Source: Selaginella moellendorffii | Taxonomy: Eukaryota > Plantae > Lycopodiophyta | Assembly: GCF_000143415.4 (NCBI RefSeq) | Contig: NW_003314267.1 | Span: 1,562,100 to 1,626,099, forward strand | DNA length: 64,000 nucleotides | Direction: 5' to 3' | Shown here: positions 37,111 through 49,063 of the stretch, piece after piece | How positions within the stretch are numbered: the stretch's first letter is position 1 | How the letters are laid out: each line of letters begins with the position of its first letter | Position numbers and translations under genes: made by a program | The notes under the pieces: generated by a model | What the model was told of the DNA's origin: nothing | Databases searched by the model: none | Seen by the model: only the letters and a program-made list of their open reading frames with translations

Positions 37111-38799
37111 CTACCTCCAGCTCGATCCACCCAGACGAATCACGTCCTCGCCGCTCGAGTCTTTCACTCGCGCTGCTTGGTTCTCTTCGAGCTTCTTGCC
37201 GCTAGCATCGCCATACACGTCCCGGAGCTTGAGTAAGTTCGCCGAGATCGCAACGTTTGCGGCGCTGCCATTCTTATCACTGTCTTTCATTCCGGGGCTC
37301 GAGCTCCTCCTCCTCGGACTCCTTCTCGGGCTCCGGCTCCGGCTTCTACTCCGCCTCTCCCTTCTCCAATCTCTATCCCTCTCCCTGGAAGAGTGTCGGT
37401 CTCTATCCCGGTTCTCCCTCTCCCTAGAAGAGTGCCGGTCTCTATCCCTCTCCTCTCTGTCCCGCCGGTCCCTCCTGTCCCGTCCTCTGTCCCTGTAATC
37501 CCTGTAGTCCGAGTCCCTGCTTCTCGGCCTCTCCCTCTCCACTTCACGGTCTCGGCCTCGGTCTCTCTCTTCGCGAGTCCTGTCCTGGCCTCTGCTGCTA
37601 CGATCGTCAGTGTTGTTGTTGTTGTTGTTGTTGTTGTTGCCATTTGATGGAGGGAGGCTTCTTCGGACAGGAGACGAGTCTCTAGTCGAAGCTCGGTGAG
37701 GTGCTCGCTGGCCGAAGGAGACTGAAAGTGCAGCTTTCACTGAGGGTGGCCGGCGGGCGGTCTCCTCCGACGAGTGCCGGCCGGTTGTTCCTTGGGGAGT
37801 CGTGGGGAGCTTTAGCCGCTCCAGGTGGCTGGCGATCTGTCTCGCCACTGGAACCGGTATCCTTGGAAAGATGGTGTCGAAATAATGCTGAAAGTGCGAA
37901 CTTAGTCAGTACCTCCCAATGAAACGCGGCAGCTAAGTTAAAAGAAAGAGAAAAACGAAAAGAAAAAAAGAAGGAAAAAAAAGAAAGATATCAAACAGCT
38001 TAGCCGTATTGGCTACACAACGTAGGACACGATTTCTTACTTCCTATGCATTGCACCACTGGTGCAACGGCTTCATAGGTGGTAGCGGCCTTCATCTCTG
38101 CAGGTTCCCTCCAGCATCAAAAAAGCATAACAGATTTTACTGCGACATCTTACCACTTGAATGCATGATAATGAGTAGGCACCCATGTACATCCTAGAGA
38201 TGAGGAGAAAAAATAGACTCACCTGATGCAAGAGAAGATCGCGGATGTACACTCCCATCTTTGTCACTCGCCCATTTGTGCCGGGAGAGAATTCCTGCAG
38301 AAAAACAAAGCCAAACTTCACAAAAAGAAAAAGAAGAAATTTCTGCAAAACTCACCTCATCATCTTCAATGTAAGGCTCGAACCATTGCCAGAGAGTTCT
38401 CGGTTCGCCACAATAACGCAAGTACAAAAATCCAATCTGCGAGGAAAACAGAACAAGAAATGAGAAAAAGCTTCGAAGAAATGAAGGAATGAAAAGAGAT
38501 CATACCGCACGAATGTAAGGAGAATCAGCGTGGTTGAGAAGCCCCTGCATCTGCTTGACGGTGAGCTTCATGGTGAAAAACTTGTAGAGGAGGCAAAACG
38601 CTGTCGAAGGGCCGCGGCAATTCCCAGTCATCCAGGGCTCCACATGATCGACATGGTTGTAAATCTCGTCCACGACCTCGTGAAACGTCTTGAGGCGGTA
38701 GAGCTCCTTGAAGTATTCTGACGACAAAATGTTAACATTGACGACGTGCTCGACCAGAGTCTGTATGGGCTTGCCACACGTCTGGACCTCGGCGCTCAT
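37111..38799 (-). CDS. SRL1: PRP38B/SRL1-like splicing factor with RS/RD tail
   Basis: NILSSEYFKELYRLKTFHEVVDEIY..RGPSTAFCLLYKFFTMKLT..DSPYIRA, YFDTIFPRIPVPV, RSRSRSRSP, EDVIRLGGSSWR*. Confidence 0.93.
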
Positions 38800-39663
38800 C
38801 CTGATCTGCTAGGCCGCGCCCCCTAGGGTATTGCGAGAGCGCCGGGATTTCGAAACCCTAAGCTCAGATCCCTCAGAGACTACGTTGCGCTAGGAATCAA
38901 ACCTGGAAACCGATGTCGGTGCCGCTGGCGCCGCAGAATCGCCCCTCGCGCGTGCGCGGCATTGACAAATCCCTATCGCGCGACTGATTAGGGTTCGTGG
39001 GCAAAAAAGTCCAGACGTCATTCTAAAGGCATTCTCCGTTAGAAGCATATTCCGTTACTTTGGAAAGTGCTACTTTTTTTTTCCGGGTGGAGGCTATACA
39101 ATCAAACTCAAACTCTTTCCAGTCTACTTTTGAAGATTTTGTCTTCTGAATCATGTATGTGAATCATTCTCTGAGAGATAGTGATATCAAAATGAGAAAG
39201 CCTTACAAATTTATTCAACATACCTATAACACTTCGCAGAAAAATTGCATGGTGCTAGAATTGTGCGGTAGAATCATGCGAAAGGTTTGCATGTCTCCGC
39301 ATCACGATAATCCCATCTCGATTGATGCTGTTTTGATGTAACAGAAAAGAGAGCAGCAATTTCAAGTGGCTAGTTCTTATATGCAACGAAGATGCACACA
39401 GCAGGTTGATTCTTTGTTATCTCATATAGGCGATCTATAAAATTCTAAAGCAAGTGGTCAAGATCGATATTATCATTTTGGCTGATTTACATAGTATTAG
39501 CTCAAGAAATGCTTGCATAAGTTGGCGATTAGATCCTCAAGAATACGACGGTCGCGCAGAAATCTAAGCGGCAGTGTCTCCTCATTTACAATTTGCTCAT
39601 AAACTCTTTCTTTTCTCTTTCAGGTAAGTTTGGACGTTCTTCGCGGGGAGGAGCCGGCGACCC

Positions 39664-40183
39664 GCCGGTTGTTCCTTGGGGAGTGGTGGGCAGCTTGAGC
39701 CGCTCCAGGCGGCTGGCGATCTGTCTCGCCACTGGAACCGGTATCCTTGGAAAGATGGTGTCGAAATAATGCTGCAGACAGCAAACTTAGTCTAGTCAGT
39801 AAGCAAGAAAGAGAAAATGATAACTGATTTTACTGCGACATCTCACACACCTGATGCAAGAGAAGATCGCGAGTGAACACTCTCACCTTTGTCACTCGCC
39901 CATTTGTGCAGGGAGAGAATTCCTGCAGAAAAACAAAGTCAAGCTTCACAAAAAGAAAGAGAAGAGATTTCTGCAAAATCATCATCTTCAATGTAAGGCT
40001 CGAACCATTGCCAGAGAGTACTTGGATCACCACAGTAACGCAAGTACGAGAATCCAATCTGTGAGAGGAAAACAGCTCCCTGAAGTAATCTACGCAATCA
40101 AACGATTAGGGCTCCGGGGAAAAAAAGTCCACGTCATTTTTAAGGCACATCTCCGTTAGAAGCATATTCTGTTACTTTGGAAA
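39664..40183 (-). pseudogene. Partial PRP38/SRL1 duplicate (internal exons and promoter piece; exon 1 absent)
   Basis: Matches ~37780-37890, ~38133-38150, ~38219-38445 and ~38985-39066, with deletions. Confidence 0.88.
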
Positions 40184-40191
40184 AACTTGTT

Positions 40192-41201
40192 TCACTTTGG
40201 GCCGCTAGTTTTTGACGGGCCGGCTCTTTCTACCATCACGTCGTAGAGACGCTTACCATCCTACAAGAACAGAAAGTAAAGAAATGATTTATCACACACA
40301 CAAACGAAAAAACAGAAGTACTTACAAAGATCACTGGAAAAAAGTGAACTTGGCCCTCCGGCTTGGTTTGTGTCTCCTTGAAGTAGACGAGGATTGGAAA
40401 GCTTGGCCACCATAGCTCCCAGTTTGTAAAGGTTGAGTACCTAGACAAAGAAGAACACAGTGAAGAGACCGTGACTTTCCTCCTCTAGATGCTTACTTCC
40501 ACCGGTTTTGTCCACCGACGAAGACGTTCTCTCCGGATTCCTGTAGCTCCGAGCCGATCTTTACTTCCTGGAGAAGCTCAAGTAATGTGAAATCCAGCTC
40601 CAGCGACACAAAGAGAAAGCAACACAGAAGCTTACCAGAGCTTCGTCATCGAACACGAATTTCACTCGGGTAGTCTGTTTCAGCATAGAACCAGGAGTTA
40701 GACTTTCATTCCTGTGACGAGGACACGGACCTGGAATAAGAGAAGAAGGCCGAGCAAACCAATTGGAGCTGCTGGAAGCAAATTGTCCGTGTAAACTAGA
40801 GCACCAGCAGCACCTGTAAGGAGGAACACCGTTTGTTTCTCTCTTTTTTCCACAGAGAAATCCTTTCTACTTACCAAGAAGAACGACTGGAATGCGATAA
40901 TCAGGTGCTGGAATGACAGTCTCCCTCACGATCTTGGCTGCTTGTTTCCTTTTAAACTACACGAGGCTATCGCCTTCGTCAGGACTATAGCTCTCGAGAA
41001 ACCAGAGAAATTTAAGTACCAATGCTTTCACAGCCCCAGGTCTTGATAGCCTCCTCCTCGGCGAAAAGATCAAAGAAGAACTTGGAGCTCTTGGCAGCAA
41101 TCCAATCGACCCAGCGCCTACATTAATCATATGTTAATCTCTAGCTAGAGCACGAGATTCTACGTACCAGGACCTGAACGAAAAACACAGGCCATAGCCA
41201 T
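40192..41201 (-). CDS. DUF3119 family protein, 8 exons, apparently intact; mostly missed by the ORF track
   Basis: Splices in frame: MAMACVFRSGP..RETVIPAPDYRIPVVLL..DNLLPAAPIGLLGLLLLFQ|TTRVKFVFDDEAL|EVKIG..GENVFVGGQNRWK|YSTFTNWELWWPSFPILVYFKETQTKPEGQVHFFPVIF|DGKRLYDVMVERAGPSKTSGPK*. Confidence 0.88.
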
Positions 41202-41385
41202 CGCCAAGAAGCCCTAAACCTCGAGAACAATATATTCGTTCCGTTTAAGAATATTTCTGTGTGATTACTATTTATCACTACTTTTTAACCACCTTTAAGG
41301 ATGCTACAATGTCTAATTCGTTGAAAAGTTTAAAGTTGCAAGGTGACGGCATGGGTTTTGTAAGCAAACGCGCAAAAACAAAGAC

Positions 41386-42255
41386 CATGGGCATATCCGA
41401 GCTTGGTGCGAGCTGACGTCACCGTGTCCACCATTGCGTCATACATGTTGCTGTAGTGGACGCGTCCGTGACGCCCGGTCGGAGCCGAAGCGCGCGTACG
41501 TTGGTCGCGTGGCTGAAGAAAGGATAGGCTGACGCGTCCATGACGTTGAAGGCGTGCGGCGTGAAGACCACGGTGCCGGCGGTACGCAGCGCGGTGTACG
41601 ACTGTACGGCAGACTGGACGTCCCGGAAGGATGACGCGTCCATGACGTTGAAGGCGTGCGGCGTGGAGGCCATGGTGCCGGCGGTACGCAGCGCGGTGTG
41701 CGACTATACCGCGAACTGGATGTTCTGGAGGGCCGGAAGGCGTACCGCGCGTTGTTTGTGAGGACCTTGTTGCCGATGGAGATGGCGGGGAAGCGGACGG
41801 CGGAGATGAAAGGGGCGATGGAGGCGTCCAGCCAGGCAGCGGGGCTGGAGGCGATTTGCTGGAGCTGCTCGTCGGGGATGGAGACGCTCAGATCGATGCC
41901 CGAGTTTGCGAAAGCCGGGATCAGCGTCGAAGATGCGCGCCTTGGTGATGTTGTTGGATTTGAGCAGCGCCACGACTTGCGACGGCGACGGCGGATTGTC
42001 CCAATCTGCCATACTTCACGCCGATGCTCGCTCCCCAAGAGAGGAATAAAATCGAAATAGGGAGAGAAAGAGATTTAAAATGTGACCGTTTTGTGTCTGG
42101 AAATGAAAATGCGAGGGCTGGAAGACGAGGAATCATGGGGAATCTTGCCAAGAGGATCTATAAACTCACCAGGAATCCCCTCCAGCGCAGCCAAAACCGC
42201 AACGAGCAGCAGCACTATCACCAGCAGCCGATTGAATCTCACTCCCGCTTCCATG
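41386..42255 (-). pseudogene. Degenerate copy of the GH17 glucanase, with a 102-bp internal tandem duplication (41530-41733)
   Basis: High identity to ~48093-49063 with frameshifts, small deletions and loss of the 3' end. Confidence 0.92.
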
Positions 42256-42399
42256 GAATCAATCAATCAATCAAAGAGAAGGAATCGCCCAAAGCGTTTA
42301 CGATTGATCATTGAGCACACAGAGAGAGAGCGAGAGAGAGAGAGAGAGAGGTGATGAACTAAAACGCTTGTTCACTACATCGGCTTAAAGTAAAAATTC

Positions 42400-42665
42400 T
42401 TCATTTGATCCAGTAAAAACTCTCCACCATGGAAGAACTCTTTCACAGGAAGGATCGTGATCATGGTGGTGGGATTTAGGGTTCCAAGGCTATTCAGCGG
42501 CCAGAATCTGAGTGACAAGCTCAACAGCACGCAGCAGAGCTCCGAGAGTGATCGGTTTTTGGATCTCACGCTCACGGCCTGCGAGTGGAGTTACTGGAAA
42601 AGATGACGCCAAGAACGTATGTCGACGGCTTTTTGGAAATGCTCTAGTGACGATCACAGAGCGAC
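42400..42665 (+). pseudogene. Collapsed copy of the promoter and 5' exons of the CID gene
   Basis: Blocks match ~49330-49420, ~49706-49725, ~49788-49855 and ~50233-50335. Confidence 0.85.
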
Positions 42666-42666
42666 A

Positions 42667-43135
42667 GCTGCGATAGGGATTTGTCGACATGGCGCTCTCG
42701 TAATACCCTAGGGGCGCGGTCTAGCAGATCACGATGAGCGCCGAGGTCCAGACGTGTGGCAAGCCCATACAGACTCTGGTCGAGCACGTCGTCAATGTTA
42801 ACATTTTGTCGTCAGAATACTTCAAGGAGCTCTACCGCCTCAAGACGTTTCACGAGGTCGTGGACGAGATTTACAACCATGTCGACCATGTGGTGCCCTG
42901 GATGACGGGGAATTCCCACGGTCCTTCTCCAGCGTTTTGCCTCCTTTGCAAGTTTTTCACCATGAAGCTCACTGACGAGCAGGTCCAGGGGTTTCTCAAC
43001 CACGCTGATTCTCCTTAACGTTCGTGCGGTGTGATCGCAGTACATTCTTCTCATTCGTTGCTCCTATTTTCCTGCGTTATTATGGTGATCCAAGTACTCT
43101 CTTCTGGCAATGGTTCAAGCCTTGTATGGTGAGCT
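42667..43135 (+). pseudogene. Inverted copy of PRP38/SRL1 5' UTR, exon 1 and part of exon 2; truncated 94-aa ORF at 42734-43018
   Basis: MSAEVQTCGKPIQ...HADSP* is nearly identical to 38500-38799 on the opposite strand; TAC>TAA stop. Confidence 0.9.
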
Positions 43136-43254
43136 TTCGCTTTTTTGGGTTTAAATTCTACTGTGGTTTAAAAAATTGTTATATAAACTAGATTAGATTA
43201 ACGGAATTTTTAAAACAATTAAATATAATAAACATTTAAGTGAATTTATTAGGA

Positions 43255-44097
43255 CTAAATTTTACATAATTTGTGTGAATCCCATAAAGCTATATTTGGA
43301 TATTTGGCTTTATAAATAACTAAATTACAGTCATTTTGAATAGTGAATAAGGTTGGTAATAAACAGATTTTCTTATTACATGATATAGTTGAAATCATGA
43401 AATAATTATTATTATAATGCATTAACAAATTTCCATCGTTATTTAATTTAACATAACAGTTATAAATATTATCAATAGAAGTCTTAAATTTCCAAATGAG
43501 TCTATCTTCTGAGTATAAAATCAAAATACAGTTTTGTTTTAAAATTAAAATATTCTTTCTGTTTGCAGAAACTAAAAAGTTATCTGCATAAATAACTGAA
43601 CCAGGATATAAAGTACTTATTCTAAGGTAACAAATTAACACATTATCAAATGAGTTTAAAAGAAAAACATTTTCAGAATCTTTTAATTTATAATATATAA
43701 CATAGTTTTTGCTTTCTCCTTCAAAATAATCTGAAAGATTTTCATAGAGTTTATCCTTATACTTATTTAAAATTGTTTCTATACCTGCTATAATATTTCC
43801 ACCTAAAATTCTAGTAGGTGTATCTTCAATAGTGCATTGATCTTTTGTTTTAATTATTAATTCAATAAGCCCTTTTGATGTATCTATTTCCATTTCATCT
43901 CCAAAGGTTGAAGAATAATCACTTTTGCGATTGAGTTTGAATAATAATTCATATATTCCAGCAATTATTTTAGTAATATCTTGTGTATTTAAGATTCTGA
44001 CAGTTCCAAATTTAGGTGTATATTTTTTTGGAGCAATCACATGTAAAATATAAAATGAAAACAATGAAAAATATATGAAAATAAATATGAGCTTCAT
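43255..44097 (-). CDS. Secreted protein: signal peptide, unknown ~130-aa domain, bulb-type (GNA/B-) lectin domain
   Basis: Intact 280-aa ORF; hydrophobic N-terminus; TLYPG..FLVS.N..LILKQNCILILY..IW, KLNNDGNLL, TIQNDCNLVIY..ALWDS (QxDxNxVxY motif). Confidence 0.7.
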   Translation of the reverse strand: MKLIFIFIYFSLFSFYILHVIAPKKYTPKFGTVRILNTQDITKIIAGIYELLFKLNRKSDYSSTFGDEMEIDTSKGLIELIIKTKDQCTIEDTPTRILGGNIIAGIETILNKYKDKLYENLSDYFEGESKNYVIYYKLKDSENVFLLNSFDNVLICYLRISTLYPGSVIYADNFLVSANRKNILILKQNCILILYSEDRLIWKFKTSIDNIYNCYVKLNNDGNLLMHYNNNYFMISTISCNKKICLLPTLFTIQNDCNLVIYKAKYPNIALWDSHKLCKI

Positions 44098-44098
44098 C

Positions 44099-44146
44099 TA
44101 TATATATATCTGTGTGTGTGTGTGTGTATATATATACACACACACA
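44099..44146. repeat. Compound (TA)n(TG)n(TA)n(CA)n microsatellite directly upstream of the lectin ATG
   Basis: Read directly; partly self-complementary. Confidence 0.9.
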
Positions 44147-45823
44147 TTGATATGGGTTTTATTTTAATATAACAGCTAGTTTATAAATATAATTAAATAT
44201 TATTTTTCATAATTATTATATTTTACTATTTCTATTGGCTTACTGCTCAAATATGTACCTTAGTTTAGAAATAGTTATCCTTATTTGAGTTTATTTCCCT
44301 TGGGGATTTGTATGGTGATATACCATAATTTATTTACATTATTGCATGGTCTATAAGTCCTTAAAACTTGTAGGAAATAGTGTAAATAATAATATTGAGA
44401 ACTCTTTGGTTATTGTTTTTCAGTAAGGTATATGATAAATGATATTTAAGCATATGGTGCCAATGAGTTTAATTATTATTGATTGTGGCTATTAAAATAT
44501 TTTATATCTCTAAGTAAAATATATGTGTTTTCTTCTATGTAATGTAATTACACAACTCTCAATTCCATCTAGTGAATTAAATACTTTCATGAACTAGTAA
44601 GAGAACTAAAAGAATGAGATTTTCATGAATAGTTTGATGTTTAAAATTTAGATTCAAATTAATGCTTGAATAATGGAATATATGTAAAATATTTGGAGTA
44701 TTTGATGCTTTATAGGGTTAAAATGTTGTGATTGTTGTAATATTGAACTATATGACATATTTAGTTGAAGTCTTGCCATTTTGAAGTCATTTTTACTAAT
44801 AGTTTATGTTATATTTTTTTTCCCAATTGTGAGTGCCACTAAGAATTATTGATACTTAGAAGTTTGTTTGTTCTTTTGAGAATGTGAAATCTTCCTTTCA
44901 TTTTCTCATCTCAAGTATTGAGTTAATGTAAAAGAACTTGAATGAGTGGGTTTTCTTATTTTGGCCAAAGTATTTTATAATGTAATGAACTCTATTATTC
45001 AACCTTGAAAAGAGTCTTTTATAATAGAAGATCCCATATTATCCAAGCCTTAAAAACACATTTTCTTCTTTTATTTCCTTGTTTTTACTTTAACTATTGC
45101 TAAAGTTTTTGTTTTTAGTGTTTTTTATTCATATTTTGTTCTTCTACATGCTTTCTTCCTCAACTTTTCTAATTTTTTCCTCTTTTCTCTAATGTTTGAA
45201 ATTTTTTTCTACTAAGGAGGGATGGATAGGAGTTTGATGTAAGTCACAAATTTTTCTTTTCTGATTTTTTAACTTACTTTCCCTACTTAACCATTTTTGT
45301 TTTGGCTATAATAAAATTCTTTTTGCCAAAATCTAAGCTTAATATACAAGCTTTACTACACAAATAATAAAGTGTGTGGTGGTTGATCATTTGGTCCCTC
45401 TTCCATATCTATTAATTCATTAATTGGTGAAGTTAGTGGTGAATCTACTGGCGTTTTTACATCTGGTATTGATCTTCTCTTCAGTAGAAGGATCATCTAT
45501 AAAAAAGGAAATTAGATGAACTTAACTACCTTATTTACCTGAGTTTAGATGTGGATACTTATTATCCCATTGTTTTTGAATAAGCTTGATACATATATTA
45601 ATATACTCCGTCAAAGACTGTTTTACTCTTCTTTCAACCAACTTTAGTCTATATTAAATGGCAAGTTTAGATTTACACTTTGGCAATCAAGTTAGTTTTC
45701 ATTGCATCACTCTTAGTTCTCTTTGCAATCAACAAAAACAAACAAGCTTTTGTCTCTCATAAATAGAGCCATGGTCAATATTAAAAATTTTAGACTTTAC
45801 CCCTTTTAGCAAGAATGGTATTG

Positions 45824-46055
45824 ATGCTTTATTTCGTTAAAGTGGAACTTATTCAGTAAAGTGGGACATTAATTAGCATGTGTCCACATACCATTTCCTA
45901 GTACTTAATTAATATTTATTAATATTTCTATCAGTTTTTTAATTTATAAATTATAAAGCTAAAACTTCAATTTTTTATTGTTGTTATAAAAATGGCATGT
46001 GGCCACACACCATAAGTGGGATAATGAAAAGTTCCACTTTAATGAAATAAAGCAT
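45824..46055. mobile_element. Putative 232-bp MITE with 27-bp TIRs and a flanking ATTG direct repeat
   Basis: atgctttatttcgttaaagtggaactt / aagttccactttaatgaaataaagcat (1 mismatch); attg at 45820-45823 and 46056-46059. Confidence 0.55.
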
Positions 46056-46384
46056 ATTGGTGGTCAATTGTGATATTTAACTTGATGATTGTTAAAGTGC
46101 ATTTTGTGAAGGTAAATTTTTTTCTTGCAATTTGGATGCAAGCAAACATGACACTTGACTATACAATTTAGAACCATCATCCCAATTGATTCCCTTGAGA
46201 GCAAATCCAAACCTTTGCAAACTAATTGAGAGCTCTTTATAATACCTCTACTAAGAAATGTACTTGATTTGGATTTTCCTTACTTGTGGCTATGATAGTG
46301 CCTATTGTGATGCTCTAGTGCTCTCCTAACTTTGAGATCAAAAGGCAATTAAATACCCTAAACTGTCAAGGCAGAGGATTTTCA

Positions 46385-46678
46385 ATATAATTTGTCATCC
46401 TTACAAATATAATTTGGCATGCAATAAATTATAACTTATTATTTATATATAATTAGTTTCGTTATATATTTAATTTGTCATCTAAATATAATTTGTCATA
46501 CAAATATAATTTGACATGTTTACTTTGGAATTTATCATGTGGGGAAAATAGTAATTTGTCATGTGGGGAAAATAGTAATTTGTCATGATAATCTATAATG
46601 TGTCACCTGGTCATTTTGGAATTTGTCATGGAGGGGAGTGGTGTGTTACATTAAATTTATAATTTGTCACCTAATTTG
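46385..46678. repeat. Cluster of about ten (TAT)AATTTGTCAT-like motifs, including a duplicated catgtggggaaaatagtaatttgt unit
   Basis: Read directly. Confidence 0.8.
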
Positions 46679-46708
46679 GAGAACAGTTTAGTTGGGCTAA
46701 CAACTTCC

Positions 46709-47490
46709 TCGTAGAGCATCCTACAACAAAATGATTTTCACACACACAAAAGAAAAGAGGAAGTACTCACAAAGATCACTTGGAAAAAATAAGCTTGGCC
46801 CTTGTGTGTCCTTGAAGTAGACGAGGATTGGAAAGCTCGGCCACCATAGCTCCCAGTTTGTAAAGGCTGAGTACCTGGAATTAGAAAAACACAGTGAAGA
46901 GACCCGTGACTTTCGTCTTGATGCTTATTTTTTCCACCAACGAAGACGTTCTCTCTGGATTCCTATAGCTCCGAGGCAATCTTTACTTCCTCGAAAGCTC
47001 AAGTAATTTTAAATCCAGCTCCAGCGACACAAAGGGAACAAACACCACAGAAGCTTCGTCATCGAACGCGAATCTTACTCGGGTGGTCTGTTTCAGCATA
47101 GAACCAGGAATTAGACTTTCATTCGTGTAGAGAGCACACGGACTTGGAATAAGAGAAGAAGGCCGAGCAAACCAATTGGAGCTGCTGGAAGCAAATTGTT
47201 CGTGTAAACAGCGGTACCTGAAAGAAAGAACACTCCTTGCTTCTCATTTTTTTCCACAAAGACCCAGAAGAACGATTGGAATGCGATAATCAGGTGCTGG
47301 AATGACAGTCTCCCCAACGATCTTGTTTTAAACTACACAAGACTATCGACTTCGTCACGAATATCGCTCGAGAAACCAGAGAAATTCGTACCTGCTTCCA
47401 CAGCCCCAGGTCTTGATAGCCTCCTTGTCCAGAAGATCACAGAAAAACTTGGAGCGTTCACAGCAATCCAATCGACCCAGCGCCTACATA
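46709..47490 (-). pseudogene. Degenerate copy of the DUF3119 gene
   Basis: Colinear with ~40240-41120; deletions remove splice donors, exon 1 and most of the last exon. Confidence 0.88.
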
Positions 47491-47841
47491 GAGAACGGTC
47501 GGGATCATGGCATATTCGTTTTTCTGTTTAAGAATATTCCTGTGTGATTACTATTTCTCACTACTTTTTAACCACCTTTAAGGATTCTAGAATGTCTGAC
47601 GTGAACAACCACCTAATTGAGAAGTATCTTCGTCAATCGTTGAAAAGTTTACCTCAAAGTTGCAAGGTGACGGCATCGGTCGTGTACGCAAACGCGTAAA
47701 AACAAAAGGCAAGCAAACAAACAACTTTTTTCTTCAATCGCAGCCAATAAGGTGGTAAATCCCATCGAACTTATTAGACATCACACCATCATCCTTCTAG
47801 ATCGAAAAAAAAAAGAGAAAGAATCTTAAGGCAAGCACCAA

Positions 47842-49063
47842 CTATGAGAGTGTGATGGTATACACTTGGGCCAGGCTGGGCTCAAACAGCCCAAAATTCC
47901 TCTCGGACACCGGCCCGGTCTTTTGGTCCTCGTTGAACAGCGCAAAAATGTAAGTCTCCGCCGTGACGCCGGGCCGCGCGGGAGTGCCCACACCAGACAC
48001 CACATGCCGGATGAGATTCTGGTTGTACCGTGCGGCATTGGCGGTAGTGGCGCCGGGCTCGTCCCCCTTGCTCGGCCACCCGGTCTCGGTCACCACCACG
48101 GGCATATTCGGGTAGCCGAGCTTTGTGAGCGCTGACGTCACCGTGTCCACCATTGCGTCATACATGTTGCTGTAGTGGAGGTTGGCGGGCGCGTCCGTGA
48201 CGCCCGGGTCGGAGCCGAAGAGCGCGTATTCCAGCGGTACGTTGGAGGGGTCGCCGGCGTAGCTGAAGAAAGGATAGACGTTGATCATGAAGGGGCTGCC
48301 TGACGTGGACAGAAAATCCACCACTGGCTTGAGGGCGATGGTGGCGTTGAAGGCGCCGTTGGAGGGCGGGAAGGATGACGCGTCCATGACGTTGAAGGCG
48401 TGCGGCGTGGAGACCACGGTGCCGGCGGTACGCAGCGCGGTGTGCGACTGTATCGCGAACTGGACGTTCTGGAGGGCCGGGAGGAGGAAGGGGGCGTACC
48501 GCGCGTTGTTTGTGAGGACCTCGTTGCCGATGGAGATGGCGGGGAAGCGGACGGCGGGGATGAAAGGGGCGATGAAGGCGTCCAGCCAGGCCTTGGCGGC
48601 GACGGGGCTGGAGGCGATTTGCTGGAGCTGCTCGTTGGGGATGGAGACGCTGAGATCGATGCCCGAGTTTGCGAAGGCCTGGATCACTGCGGGATCGGCG
48701 TCGAAGATGCGCGCCTTGGTTATGTTGTTGGATTTGAGCAGCGCCACGACTTGCGCCGGCGATGGGAGATTGTCGCCCAATCTGCCATAGTTCACGCCGA
48801 TGCTCGCTCCATCCGCGCCTGCCAAGAGAGGAGTCAAATCGAAATCGAAACGCTCTGATTCAACCAAGAGAGAGGAAGAGATCTAAAAATGTGACCGTTT
48901 TGTGTCTGGAAACGAAAATGCGAGAGCTGGAAGACGAGGAATCGTGGGGAATCTTGCCGAGAGGATCTATAAACTCACCAGAAATGCCCTCCAGCGCAGC
49001 CAAAGCCGCGACGAGCATCAGCACTATCACCAGCAGCCGATTGAATCCCACTCCCGCCTCCAT
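47842..49063 (-). CDS. Glucan endo-1,3-beta-glucosidase (GH17), secreted, no X8/GPI tail (2 exons)
   Basis: Signal-peptide exon; IGVNYGRLGDNLPSP, SIGNEV, PFMINVYPFF, VVVTETGWPSKG, YIFALFNEDQKTGPVSERNFGLF. Confidence 0.95.

Noticed and set aside
37612-37639. (GTT)n microsatellite
   Set aside because: Simply encodes poly-Asn within the PRP38 coding sequence.
46385-46678. CRISPR-like repeat/spacer appearance
   Set aside because: Eukaryotic context, ~10-bp degenerate repeats, irregular spacing and no cas genes.
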